From a virus (taxonomy: Duplodnaviria; Caudoviricetes), in IMG/VR virus record IMGVR_UViG_3300011962_000024, positions 18,466 to 82,465 of that record: 64,000 nt of DNA; one strand, written 5' to 3'. Positions 9,619 to 19,200 of the stretch are shown here, one piece after another; position 1 is the first letter of the stretch; the number at the start of each line of letters is the position of its first letter. Position numbers and translations under genes: made by a program. The notes beneath the pieces are model-generated. The model saw nothing but the letters and a program-made list of their open reading frames with translations, was not told the DNA's origin and searched no databases.

Positions 9619-9636
9619 TTAGACGCTTAACGCACC

Positions 9637-9649
9637 TAACCCTTTGATA
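9637..9649 (-). promoter_or_regulatory. IHF consensus site in the att arm
   Basis: Minus strand TATCAAAGGGTTA matches WATCAANNNNTTR, 18 bp from the core. Confidence 0.65.
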
Positions 9650-9735
9650 TGAAAGAAAATCACCCACTATTCAGGCAGGCAAAATAAGCGCTTTTCTGTG
9701 GTTTTGCAAACGCTAGAATGCGGCCTCCAGCGGAG

Positions 9736-9745
9736 GTTTTGCGCA
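9736..9745 (+). repeat. Integrase arm-type site GTTTTGCGCA
   Basis: Same decamer recurs three times at 63838-63869. Confidence 0.65.
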
Positions 9746-9837
9746 CCCTTCTCGCCCGTTCTGGGCAAACCAATCCCCCTCAGCAACAAGACGACACCCG
9801 CCGCGGTCAACTCCTCATCGAGCAACGAGGCGCAATC

Positions 9838-10545
9838 ATGTGCGGACGAATCACACAATACAGCCAGGCGGTGGAATACCTGTTCGCCCTGGACCCTCAG
9901 CTGTCGCTGGTCGGCGGTTTCGACCCTTCTCCGATTGGCCGCTACAACGTGCCGCCGCAATCAAGGGTTCAGCTGCTGCACCAGGACGAGGACGGGCTTC
10001 GCATGGAGCCGGTCAAATGGGGATACGCCCCGTTCTGGGCGCAGGGGAAGAGACCGCCGGCGATCAACGCCAGGGTAGAGACGGCGGCCACCTCGAAGTT
10101 CTTCCGCGACATCTGGCAGACCGGCCGGGCAATCGTGCCGGCTAATGGCTGGTACGAATGGAAGAAGGACGAGGCCAGCCCGAAGATCAAGCAGCCATAC
10201 CTGATCAAGCGCCGCGGAGACGAGCCACTATTCATGGCAGCGCTCGGGCAGTTTCAGCGGGGCGGCGCGTTGGAGCCGAGAGATAGCGACGGGTTCGTCA
10301 TCATCACGGCTTCCAGCGACGTCGGGATGATCGACATCCACGACCGCAGGCCGGTGGTGCTGTCGGCTGAATGCGCGCTGCACTGGCTGGATCCGGAACT
10401 GTCGCCCGATGAGGCCGAAGAGATCGCCCTGGAACATAGCCTTGGTGTCGAAGAGTTCGAGTGGTATCCGGTTGATCGTGCCGTAGGCAACGTCCGCAAC
10501 GACGGCGCACACCTGATCAAGCGAATCAGCGATCCGGTGCTGTAG
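9838..10545 (+). CDS. SOS response-associated peptidase (SRAP/YedK/HMCES family)
   Basis: True start MCGR at 9838 gives the catalytic Cys2; WG, INAR(V)ET, HDRRP and VGNVRN motifs. Confidence 0.92.
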   Translation: MCGRITQYSQAVEYLFALDPQLSLVGGFDPSPIGRYNVPPQSRVQLLHQDEDGLRMEPVKWGYAPFWAQGKRPPAINARVETAATSKFFRDIWQTGRAIVPANGWYEWKKDEASPKIKQPYLIKRRGDEPLFMAALGQFQRGGALEPRDSDGFVIITASSDVGMIDIHDRRPVVLSAECALHWLDPELSPDEAEEIALEHSLGVEEFEWYPVDRAVGNVRNDGAHLIKRISDPVL

Positions 10546-10589
10546 CCGCTGATCTGCAAGCGCTGGATCGGATTTCATCCGCCCTGATA

Positions 10590-10605
10590 CTGTGCGCATA
10601 TACAG
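10590..10605. promoter_or_regulatory. LexA (SOS) box
   Basis: CTGTGCGCATATACAG = CTG-N10-CAG, 14 bp upstream of the ATG at 10620. Confidence 0.75.
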
Positions 10606-10619
10606 CTTCAGAGCAGATC

Positions 10620-11360
10620 ATGGGCCGCGACATTTCCCTAACTCACCGCACCAGCATGACCGTCGAGCGCTGGCATCGCATGCTGGACGACACCGCAGAG
10701 CGCCGCGACCTTCCCCGGCTCTACCGGGATAACCTTGTCGAGGCCGCCGACGACATGCTTCGAGCGGGAATCATCGACCCGCTGGAGCACTTCGACCTGC
10801 TAGAGCTCGCCAATGCCGCGTACTCGCACGAGATCGAAGAGCAGATTTACCTGTACCGGTACTTCCAGCATTCGGGGAATTACGACGTGGGCAGCGGCGA
10901 TCAGCGCATAGGTATTCTGCGCGGCGTTCGCTTCTACCTTGAAACGGACAAATTCCGCGAACCGGCCAGCTACCACGCACGGATCGAAGGCACCGACAAA
11001 GGGCTTGAGCTCATTACCAACTACGGCGGCCGATCGCTTGGTGTGATCGATGGGAAGCTGCTGGTGACGCCGAGCGGCGAGCGGCACGAGCTGTTCGAGA
11101 CCTCAAGAATGCAGGCTGGCGTAGACGCTCGGTCAATCAGTGACCCCGACCTGTACCGCACCGCGCTTGATGCTATTCAGCTCGCCAAGGAAGAAGGCGA
11201 TACAAAGCGGCATGTGGCGCTGATGATGCGGGCCAGCGTGTCGATCTTCATGCCCTGCCCCGCCTGCGATGACTCGTTCAGCATGCGAGAGGACTGCGGA
11301 GAATGTGAAGGCCAGGGGTTCGTGCGCGAGACGCCGGAGCGGTTCAGGTGGAGGAGTTAG
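10620..11360 (+). CDS. Hypothetical SOS-regulated protein with C-terminal CxxC-CxxC zinc finger
   Basis: 246-aa ORF; CPACDDSFSMREDCGECEGQG at the end. Confidence 0.75.
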   Translation: MGRDISLTHRTSMTVERWHRMLDDTAERRDLPRLYRDNLVEAADDMLRAGIIDPLEHFDLLELANAAYSHEIEEQIYLYRYFQHSGNYDVGSGDQRIGILRGVRFYLETDKFREPASYHARIEGTDKGLELITNYGGRSLGVIDGKLLVTPSGERHELFETSRMQAGVDARSISDPDLYRTALDAIQLAKEEGDTKRHVALMMRASVSIFMPCPACDDSFSMREDCGECEGQGFVRETPERFRWRS

Positions 11361-11581
11361 CGGCAGGCCTTATTTCCGGCCAGCAGCTCCTCCCGCGCCA
11401 CATTGACCGCGGGCGGCGCAGTGATGCAAACGACGATCTGTCCGGGCGTTCTGCTGTGGTAAAGCTCAAGCCAGATGCCCTCCTTTGTGAGCTGGCGATA
11501 CAGCTCGGCCGCATCCGCTTCGGTTTCTGGCGACAGGAATATCCGCTGGCCTGGCTTGCGATTGATGATGAGATTTCCCAT
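11357..11581 (-). CDS. CsrA/Rsm-family RNA-binding protein with RsmN/RsmF-type topology
   Basis: GNLIINRKPGQRIFLS, internal helix AAELYRQLTKEG, ITAPPAVNVAREEL with the conserved Arg; strong RBS AAGGAGG. Confidence 0.78.
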   Translation of the reverse strand: MGNLIINRKPGQRIFLSPETEADAAELYRQLTKEGIWLELYHSRTPGQIVVCITAPPAVNVAREELLAGNKACR

Positions 11582-11642
11582 ATATCCTCCTTGATTGGGT
11601 CACCTCACCATACAGGTGGAGGCGAAGGCGCGCTGTGACCTC

Positions 11643-12164
11643 CTACTCGCCTGCCCTCACCGCCCGGGCCCACTCCTGCAGATACGCCAGCTTCTCCCGG
11701 TCGCTGATCATTCCGCCTCGGATATTCCAAACAGCTGATCCAGCTGCTGCACTGAGTTCGACGCTGGTTGCATCGCCCAGGCCGCCGGCGCCGGTGGTGG
11801 CGGACACTGTGGCGTCGGCGCGGGCAACTCGGACTTCGATACGCAGCCGGCGGCGCTCATCGTCAGCAGCAGAATACTCGCGGCGCAGGCGGTCATTTTC
11901 AGCTTGTGCATGAGTCAGTTTCTCGGTTGAGGTTGTGTCGAGGATGCCCAGGCGCGCTTCCAGCACCAGGCGATCGGTCTGCTGCTTGAGGATCACCGCG
12001 GCGTTTGCTTGGGCGGTCAGGCGCAGCTGTTCCGACCATTCCGCTTTGGTGCTGGCGAGATCCTGCTGGACATCCATGACGCGGCACTGCTGCACCCCGC
12101 CGATCAGCAGCGCGGCCAGCAGCCACCACGCCGAGGACGGGACCAGCTTCAGCCAGGCGGTCAT
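11643..12164 (-). CDS. Rz-like inner-membrane spanin
   Basis: N-terminal TM helix plus coiled coil, follows the endolysin, contains a nested lipoprotein ORF. Confidence 0.85.
   Translation of the reverse strand: MTAWLKLVPSSAWWLLAALLIGGVQQCRVMDVQQDLASTKAEWSEQLRLTAQANAAVILKQQTDRLVLEARLGILDTTSTEKLTHAQAENDRLRREYSAADDERRRLRIEVRVARADATVSATTGAGGLGDATSVELSAAAGSAVWNIRGGMISDREKLAYLQEWARAVRAGE
11708..11911 (-). CDS. Rz1-like outer-membrane spanin (nested)
   Basis: Lipobox-like AAGC and Pro-rich CPPPPAPAAWAM, embedded in another frame of Rz; start may be 11896. Confidence 0.75.
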   Translation of the reverse strand: MHKLKMTACAASILLLTMSAAGCVSKSELPAPTPQCPPPPAPAAWAMQPASNSVQQLDQLFGISEAE

Positions 12165-12649
12165 GCCAGCACCCCGCCGGCCATGGAATAAGCGGCCAAC
12201 AGCTGGTCAACGTCATGCTCGTGCTGCCCATACCCGGCCCCTGGCAATGAAGCCCAGCGGCTGCGGCACTTGTGGATGGCCTGCTCGATGCGGCCTGCCT
12301 TGATGTCCTCAAGCGCTCGGCACTCGCGGATCAGCTGCAGCGCGATGAGGTCCTGATTGATCGGCGTGAACCCGCCCTTCAGGTTCAGCTGTGCGCGGTA
12401 ATGATCCCAGTAGCGCGACAGGATCTGGTATCGGCCCGCAGCGGTTGAGTGGATCTTCAGCTTGGGCAGCCAGACGGAGCGGCGCGGGTGGTCGAGGTAC
12501 GACTCAAACAGGCCGCCGCCGACCACTACGTCGTAGCCGTCATCCTTGGTCGGCTGGCGGTCGTTATCAGTGCCCTCGCTCCAGGCGATCAGGTCCAGAA
12601 AGGCGAGCGCGTTCGCGCCGCCCGCTTGGGCAGCTGAGATTCGAGGCAT
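12161..12649 (-). CDS. Endolysin, lambda-R-like lytic transglycosylase
   Basis: AFLDLIAWSEGT, STAAGRYQ, WASLPGAGYGQHE; start trimmed to MPRIS after a GGAG RBS. Confidence 0.93.
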   Translation of the reverse strand: MPRISAAQAGGANALAFLDLIAWSEGTDNDRQPTKDDGYDVVVGGGLFESYLDHPRRSVWLPKLKIHSTAAGRYQILSRYWDHYRAQLNLKGGFTPINQDLIALQLIRECRALEDIKAGRIEQAIHKCRSRWASLPGAGYGQHEHDVDQLLAAYSMAGGVLA

Positions 12650-12651
12650 GG

Positions 12652-13044
12652 TTAATCTCCAGACAAAGAAAACCCCGCACTTGGCGGGGTCTGGTTGTAT
12701 CGATGGGCGCCGCCTATTCGGACGCCGGCCCACATTGCGTATGCACGCCATCGAGCAATGCCCGACGAGCGCAGCGCGTTGAGGAACACCCGATCGGCAT
12801 CGGCGCGGGATAGCTGGCCAGTCGAATAGAGCCAGTCGTGCAGCGCCGCCGCCGCGTGTCCGTACTGCCCCAGCAGCGCGAATGTCATCGGCCAGCGCGG
12901 GACTGAGGCGAAGTCAGTCTCGAAGCCGGCTGGAACCTCGATCAGGCCGTGGTCAGGATCCAGATATGAAAAAGGCGCCAGGAGGCGCCATGTTTTGCGG
13001 TCGGGCTGCAGCTCAACCTGCAGTGGGTGCGGGAACCGGTCCAT
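12652..13044 (-). CDS. DUF1353-like phage protein
   Basis: VPAGFETDFASVPR...AAALHDWLY...ADRVF; start trimmed to MDRFP. Confidence 0.8.
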   Translation of the reverse strand: MDRFPHPLQVELQPDRKTWRLLAPFSYLDPDHGLIEVPAGFETDFASVPRWPMTFALLGQYGHAAAALHDWLYSTGQLSRADADRVFLNALRSSGIARWRAYAMWAGVRIGGAHRYNQTPPSAGFSLSGD

Positions 13045-13504
13045 CGGGCCAGCCCTCCTCCAGCATCGCTTCGGTGAAGGTGCCGTTGGTAAGAGCATCT
13101 ACCAGCTCTTCCTCACGGTCGAAGCAGGCTTGCACATAGCTATCTACCGCCTTTGCCGCAGAGATCAGCGTTTCGGAATCGAGAGTCACCCACGTGCCGT
13201 CTGCCAGCTTCCAGCGTCGACTGTGCTGAGGGTCGATGGTTGCCCGCAGCGCGGCGCCGTTCAGCAGCGTCTTGGTTCGATCGTCGGTCTCAATAAGCAT
13301 GCCCGCGATCTCGATACCGGCAACTTCAGCCTGCCAGCGGCGGGCAGCGACAATGGCGGCAACATCAAAGGGCGGCGGCGCCAGATATTGAGCCACTTCA
13401 TCCGGCGTCATCGGTACGAGCGCTGGATCGATGTAGGAATCCTGCGATCCATCAGACTCGTAAGCCAGCACTTGGCCGGTTTCGGGGTTTCGAAAGTATT
13501 TCAT
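13013..13504 (-). CDS. Tail-fibre-associated protein (DUF4376-like)
   Basis: Directly after the fibre; RWQAEVAGI...WKLADGTWVTL...VQACFDRE. Confidence 0.72.
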   Translation of the reverse strand: MKYFRNPETGQVLAYESDGSQDSYIDPALVPMTPDEVAQYLAPPPFDVAAIVAARRWQAEVAGIEIAGMLIETDDRTKTLLNGAALRATIDPQHSRRWKLADGTWVTLDSETLISAAKAVDSYVQACFDREEELVDALTNGTFTEAMLEEGWPDGPVPAPTAG

Positions 13505-15042
13505 CAGCGCAGCTCCGACCAGAGGCCGATCGTTTGGGATCCGGCAGTGATTGTGTAGGTGTAGGTCTGGCCGTCGGGAACGATAAAACTTGCGTACATA
13601 AAGTCACCGCCAGACAGTGCGAACAGCAAAGCGACATTCACGCCATTTACTTTGATCAGACCTGATCCTCCAGCGCCCTGCGTCGCCTTTATGGATACCT
13701 GAATGGGTCGCCCGGTTGAGTTCGTATAGGTGACTCCTGTTGCGCGACTGGCAGTGACATCCTGCCAAGCCTGGCCATATCCCAAGCCGGGAGACACGTC
13801 CGATATTTCAAGAACCGCCTTGGCTTGTTCCGCGTCCTGTGCAGAGAAAAGCGTTTGGATAAATTCGCTGACGTTACCTTCGTGAAAAAAGGGGAGCCAG
13901 TCACCCCATAAGCCCTCTGTCTTTGTCCTGAACGCCACCCCCTGCGTACTCAGCGTAGCCCCGAAGAAAACCTGTACCGCGAACCCGGATGACGCCCCTA
14001 TTTGCCGCAGGTAGCCAAATGCGCGCCAACCGTTTGTCCAGGCTGATGAGTAATACATGCCGTTCTTGTCTAGCGTGTCCGCATCTGTAGGCCCCAGCAG
14101 AACGGATGGGCCGCCTAGACCGAATGCTCCCACGGACATCAAGGCGCCGGGTGTAGAGTCAGTCTGCGAGATTTGAACGTCTGCATTCGCAGCGCTGCCC
14201 AACTGAACATTGCCGCTCTCATCCGGATCAACACCATTCACAGACGAAACCGTTCCGCCTCCCTGAGGACGAATGTTGGTCGCCTCGGCAGCGGTAGCGA
14301 CGAACCCTAAGGGGCCAACATACATGCCGGTCGCCGGTTTGTTCGATTCGCCGCCAGTCCAGTCGGTTACTTGCATCACGATCCGTTCGCCGTCTGGCAC
14401 GACCGCAATGACCGGAGTCCACCCCGCCCCAATAGCGGCTACTGCTGCGGCGCTGGCGGCGGCAGCTTGGGCGCTGTCGTCTGCACTCTCGGCGGCTGCT
14501 TGAGCGGTATCACGTGCCGCAATGGCCTCAGGCGTCACGTCACCTGTATCGCCCTTCTCGCCAGCAGGGCCTCGCGCTATCGGAGCGCCGGCCGACCAGT
14601 CCCCCGATGCCGAAGACAGCTTCAGGTAAAGCCGCTCGGTGTCGGAAGCGTAATACGTGAATCCGGCGTTGGCTGAGTCGTACTGATCACGACCGTTGAG
14701 CGTGCCGGTCGCGTCGATCTTTAGTGTCGGGCCAAAGGTTCCAAGCTCGGACAGTATGGTGCCGAACTCATCGACCACTTTGCGCAAACGATCGGCTGAC
14801 TCCTTCACGTACCCCTGCAAGGGGGCCAGCGCATAGGCTCCACCGCTACCCGACTCGCCTTGGTAGGGTGGCGATATGCTAAGCACCGTGGCGCTGGCGA
14901 TGTTGGTTACCTCGTACCATCGACCATCCGGGCCGCGAAAGGCATCGCCAACCCTTGCGTTTGCACTGAACGCCGTACCGGTGCCGGTGACCGTGTCGCT
15001 ATTGGCCGTGACGGCGACTGTTCCTTGGTTGTACCAGGGCAT
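13504..15042 (-). CDS. Tail fibre protein
   Basis: Pseudomonas-phage fibre N-terminus (WYNQGTVAV...GDAFRGPDG), short G-x-y stretch, C-terminal GYGQAWQDVT...YTNSTGRPI. Confidence 0.88.
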   Translation of the reverse strand: MPWYNQGTVAVTANSDTVTGTGTAFSANARVGDAFRGPDGRWYEVTNIASATVLSISPPYQGESGSGGAYALAPLQGYVKESADRLRKVVDEFGTILSELGTFGPTLKIDATGTLNGRDQYDSANAGFTYYASDTERLYLKLSSASGDWSAGAPIARGPAGEKGDTGDVTPEAIAARDTAQAAAESADDSAQAAAASAAAVAAIGAGWTPVIAVVPDGERIVMQVTDWTGGESNKPATGMYVGPLGFVATAAEATNIRPQGGGTVSSVNGVDPDESGNVQLGSAANADVQISQTDSTPGALMSVGAFGLGGPSVLLGPTDADTLDKNGMYYSSAWTNGWRAFGYLRQIGASSGFAVQVFFGATLSTQGVAFRTKTEGLWGDWLPFFHEGNVSEFIQTLFSAQDAEQAKAVLEISDVSPGLGYGQAWQDVTASRATGVTYTNSTGRPIQVSIKATQGAGGSGLIKVNGVNVALLFALSGGDFMYASFIVPDGQTYTYTITAGSQTIGLWSELR

Positions 15043-15043
15043 G

Positions 15044-15083
15044 CTTTTCTCCAGGCGTAAAAAAGCCCGCTCGGGGCGGGCTC
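15044..15083 (-). terminator. Hairpin-T-tract-RBS module, first copy
   Basis: 27 bp identical to 24896-24922; same right arm GGGCGGGCTC. Confidence 0.7.
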
Positions 15084-15112
15084 TGCTTATGTTCTTCGCG
15101 CTACGTCAGGCT

Positions 15113-15922
15113 TCATCCAAACGGTAACGGGAGCGTGGATGCGTCGATGTAACTCGCGCTTGGCAGTCTCGCGGTGGGTATATCGAAGAATCCGTATTCC
15201 ACGATGTGCGGAGGAGTGAAGAATGGGTCTATCAGGCAGCCCGCTTCCGTTGCCATCGCGAACACTAGGCTTCCCCCTGCGCCGTAAGCGCCTTCCTTCG
15301 CTGATATCCGCTGCGTTCCATGCTGCGTGGCGTGGAACATTGCCCTTGACCACTGATTACTGACAGCGCAATCACCTGTCGCAGGGAATGAGATCGTGTC
15401 CATGACCGATCTGCCCCAGCCGTAGTCTCCTAGCACGGTTGTAGTTGCCCCGATATATCCTCTGCCGACTCCCCTAAACGTGTCAGGAAGTGGCGCGACT
15501 GCTGAGCCGTTGATATCCATGAAGGGCATGCCAGTGTCTAGGGTGCACACTCCGACGTCGTCCCAAAGCCGCATCTTCGCAGGACCTGGCCCCCTGTCTC
15601 GCATCAAATCGAACACGTAATACTTAACCGATGACGATGCATGCGCATACCAGTAGGTAAAGGAATTACCGGTCCTGACGATCTGTTGCAGGACGGCTCT
15701 GCCGGCGACGAAAACAATTGGCGCTTCCGCCGTGACAGTAAACCCGTAGATGCTGTCGAAAATCCCCGTCGGGTAGTACGTGTTATTGCTGATAAATTGG
15801 CGCCGCTTTTGCTCTGCAGAAGTTAGATACGTCATATATCCAGACTTGATCAGTCCGAACGTCACATAGTCTGAGTCGACGAGGTTCTTTCCGGTCTCGT
15901 CCCACGTCCTGAAAAAACCCAT
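15113..15922 (-). CDS. Hypothetical tail-tip accessory protein
   Basis: 269-aa ORF coupled to the upstream gene, between J and the fibre. Confidence 0.7.
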   Translation of the reverse strand: MGFFRTWDETGKNLVDSDYVTFGLIKSGYMTYLTSAEQKRRQFISNNTYYPTGIFDSIYGFTVTAEAPIVFVAGRAVLQQIVRTGNSFTYWYAHASSSVKYYVFDLMRDRGPGPAKMRLWDDVGVCTLDTGMPFMDINGSAVAPLPDTFRGVGRGYIGATTTVLGDYGWGRSVMDTISFPATGDCAVSNQWSRAMFHATQHGTQRISAKEGAYGAGGSLVFAMATEAGCLIDPFFTPPHIVEYGFFDIPTARLPSASYIDASTLPLPFG

Positions 15923-16227
15923 CAGTACACCCCGTAGTGGACTTCATAGTTGCCCCCAGTCCAGCCTCCGGTCCCGGCAAATATCCAACTGAATACTCCG
16001 TTGCCGTCGTACACCACGACCGGGCGACTGCCGAGAAATGTTCCGCCAGGATTCGGTACCGGGACGATCACGAAAAACACGGTGCCGGGCAGGTCGATTG
16101 TCACCGTGAGGCTGCCGCTGCTCTGTGGCGGAATAGCGAACTTGCCGAGCACCTTGCTCACGCTTCCCGTCTCTCGCAGCAGCAGCCTGCCCTCCTCGTC
16201 GTAGGACCGGTAGATCACTCCCATCAT
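15922..16227 (-). CDS. Hypothetical tail-tip accessory protein
   Basis: 101-aa beta-rich ORF coupled to J. Confidence 0.7.
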   Translation of the reverse strand: MMGVIYRSYDEEGRLLLRETGSVSKVLGKFAIPPQSSGSLTVTIDLPGTVFFVIVPVPNPGGTFLGSRPVVVYDGNGVFSWIFAGTGGWTGGNYEVHYGVY

Positions 16228-19200
16228 CAGCCCCCGATGCCGAATTCAAGGCCCTTGACCCCATTGGGGTGATAAGCCGTGATCACCTTGTTGTTGATGG
16301 TGATCCTCCCCTCGCCTGGCAGCGATCCATTCACCTCGAACTCATTGGTCACGAAGTTGATTCGAATCCCCTGCTGCCCCTTGACGTAATCCGGTGACCG
16401 CAGCTCCCCGGTCACAATCAGGTTCACGATATCGGCCTGGTTGAACACGGCCGAGTTCGCGAATATCTGCCCGCCCTGAACCACGAACGGAGTGATCAGT
16501 TCGCCGCTCGACTCATCCAGGATGGCGAAACGCTGGGCGAAGGCGAGAATCTGCGCCTCCTGCTCCTCGCCTTCCACGCCGATCGCAAGGCCAGCCATGA
16601 CGGTGCGGCCGTCGACTGTTGTCTGCGTCTTGATGGTAGTGAGCGCGGAGGCCTTGCCTTCAAAATCAACGAGCGCCTGCGAGGTCTGTTGAACGGCGGC
16701 CGAGGTGTCGCCGACCGTGGCATCGAGCTGGTTGATCTGCTCGGCCATGGCCATGTTCTCGGTCGCCACCGTCCGGGCTACCTGGGTGATGCGCGCTGCC
16801 GAGTCCCACCCCTTCAATGCATCCGCCAGCTCGCCTTCGCCGTCATCGTCCCGGTAAGCCGCCTGCAGAACGGCCAAGCTCGAGGCGGTGGCCGTCACGA
16901 TCCCATCGAGCACGCTGATGCCAGCCGTGTTCTCCGCGACCTGAACAGCAAGACCGTTGGCGGTTTCGACTACCTGGCCGACGTCCATCCAGAGGTTGTC
17001 GTTCGGCGGCGCGTTGCTGCCGTCCGGTGCTGCTGGGACGTCAACCAGGGCCTGGTACAGCCGGCGGCCATTGGGTCCGCCGCGAACCGCATCGCCCTGT
17101 GCGTAGGCTTGGTCGGGGTCATAGGCCAGCGCATCAACGGCCTGCGATACGGCCTCTTGGATGCGCTCGTTGACCGAGCCCGGGCCGTCGCCGTCGATCA
17201 GATCGATTCGCTCGAGCAGGTCCTGGCCGAGCTCGGACTCGGTGATCTGGCCGGTGATGTAATCGAGGATCGCAGACGCATCGGCGCTGCTCTGCCCCAT
17301 CACCCAGTCAGACCATGGGCCGATGTTGCCGGTACGGTCCACCAGCCGAGCCCGGAACCAGAACGTCACGCCGGCAGCAAGACCGGTCATGGTATGGGTG
17401 TTGGCTGGGTAGGCGTAGTCGCCCAGGTGCAACGCGTCCTCCTCGCTCTGCGCCGAACCATACTGGATCTCGGTGCGGAGCGTGTCCTCTGCGCCGGCCG
17501 GAAAGCCCCACTCCAGCCGGATGCCGAATATCTCGGGCACTGCGTTCAGGAATGCCACAGCCGGCGGCGTGCCGGACTTGCCGGCCAGCTCGATCGCCTC
17601 GCTGTAGCCCCAAGGACTGCTCACATCCAGGCTGTTCAGCGCGCGAACGCGAATTTGGTAGGTGCCGGCGTAGATGCCGACCACGTCCAGCTCGGTCCCG
17701 CCACTGCGGCCAGCATAGACCCAGGCCGCATCGCCCCGGCGCCACTCCACGTCGTAGCGCGTTGCGCCGGGCGCGACATCCCACATGACCGTCATCGTCG
17801 TGACAGCCATGGTCTGCTCCAGCATCCAGTCGCTGATCGCGCGGATGTTTTCGGGCGCGGCCTGAACACTCGAGGGGATGGACGTGACCGGGCGCTGGCT
17901 GATGATCGCACCGGTATCGACCGCTGCGTGCTTCCCCTCGACGTACTTGCTTGCGGTGATCGAATATTCCAGCGGACCAGACTCGCCAATGCTGACGATC
18001 CGGTAGCGTTGCGCGGCCAGGTTGGGCGTTTCCCAGGCCCATACGCTTTGCGCCACGGGGGCAGCGTCGAAAGATGGAGAGACGGTGATTTCGGCGCCAT
18101 CCACCAGCAGCACTTCGCGTGTCTGGGCAATGCCGTCCGGCATGATGCAGGTCAGTTCGTCGCCGGCCTGAACGCCTTCCACCTTGTCTGCGACGATGAC
18201 GCTAGCCGTTGCGGACCGCGCGCGACCGCCGATACGGCGACCAGCCCGGGCATTGTCCGCCACGCGAATGATCTGTCCAGGGCGGGCGCGGATTCCGTCA
18301 AGGCCAACTGCAAATGTAACCGTCTCGGTTTCCAGCAGATTGGTCAGCAGCGCCCAGCGCCCGGCGCGCTGAGCCTGCCCCTGCGAGGTACAGCCAAGAG
18401 CAGAGATCTCTACCGTCTGCACACCAAAGCGCGCCACAGCATCATCGTCCTGCACGTACTCGATCTTCGCCCGGTACATGTCCGCCGGATCGTTCCAGCT
18501 GACAAGCGCGGCGCTGTAACGGGTCGAGCGCTTGCTGCCCTTATAGGAAAACTTGCCCTCTTTGACGTTGGCGTTGGTGTAGGTGTAAACCGGGTCGGCC
18601 GGCATGTCGGCGGAGACGATCGCCTGGCCGGCGCCCCAATACGTGATGCCGCGAAAGATAGCCGCAATGTCCTGCAGCGCTTTGTAGGCGTCAGCGCGCT
18701 TCTGCAGGTAGAGGTTGCAAGTGAAGCGAGGCTCCTGGCCGCCCATGCCGTCTCCGACCATCTGGTCGCAGTATTGCGCGATCTGGTACAGCCCCCACTT
18801 GTCCACCTGGCCCGCGTCGATGCGGTCGCCAAGCCCATACCGCGGGTGCAGCAGCAGGTCGTAGTAGACCCATGCCGGATTGTTGCTGTACGCGAGCTGG
18901 AACGTGCCGTCCCAGATGCCGGAGTAGGTGCGAGTCTCGGGCTCGTAGTTGCTCGGCACACGGATGATTCGCCCGCGCGCATGGTAACCCCGGCGCGGAA
19001 CTGCGCCGCCGAACGACTCGGCGTCGAACGAAACGCCGATGACGGCCGAGTTCGGATAGCGGAACTTGGCGTCGATGATTTCGGTGATCGACTTGATGTT
19101 CACTGTGTCGGCGATGGCCGAGGATGTGCTGTTCGCGGTCAATCGGCGAACGCGAATACGCCAGCCGCCGGAACCTTCCGGCAGGTCGATACGCACCGAT

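Noticed and set aside
9718-9837. N-terminal extension of SRAP in the ORF track
   Set aside because: SRAP needs Cys at position 2; the extension overlaps att arm sites and the RBS sits before 9838.
13013-16227. Tail-fibre inversion system or diversity-generating retroelement
   Set aside because: No invertase or RT gene, no duplicated fibre C-terminus, no TR/VR pair noticed.
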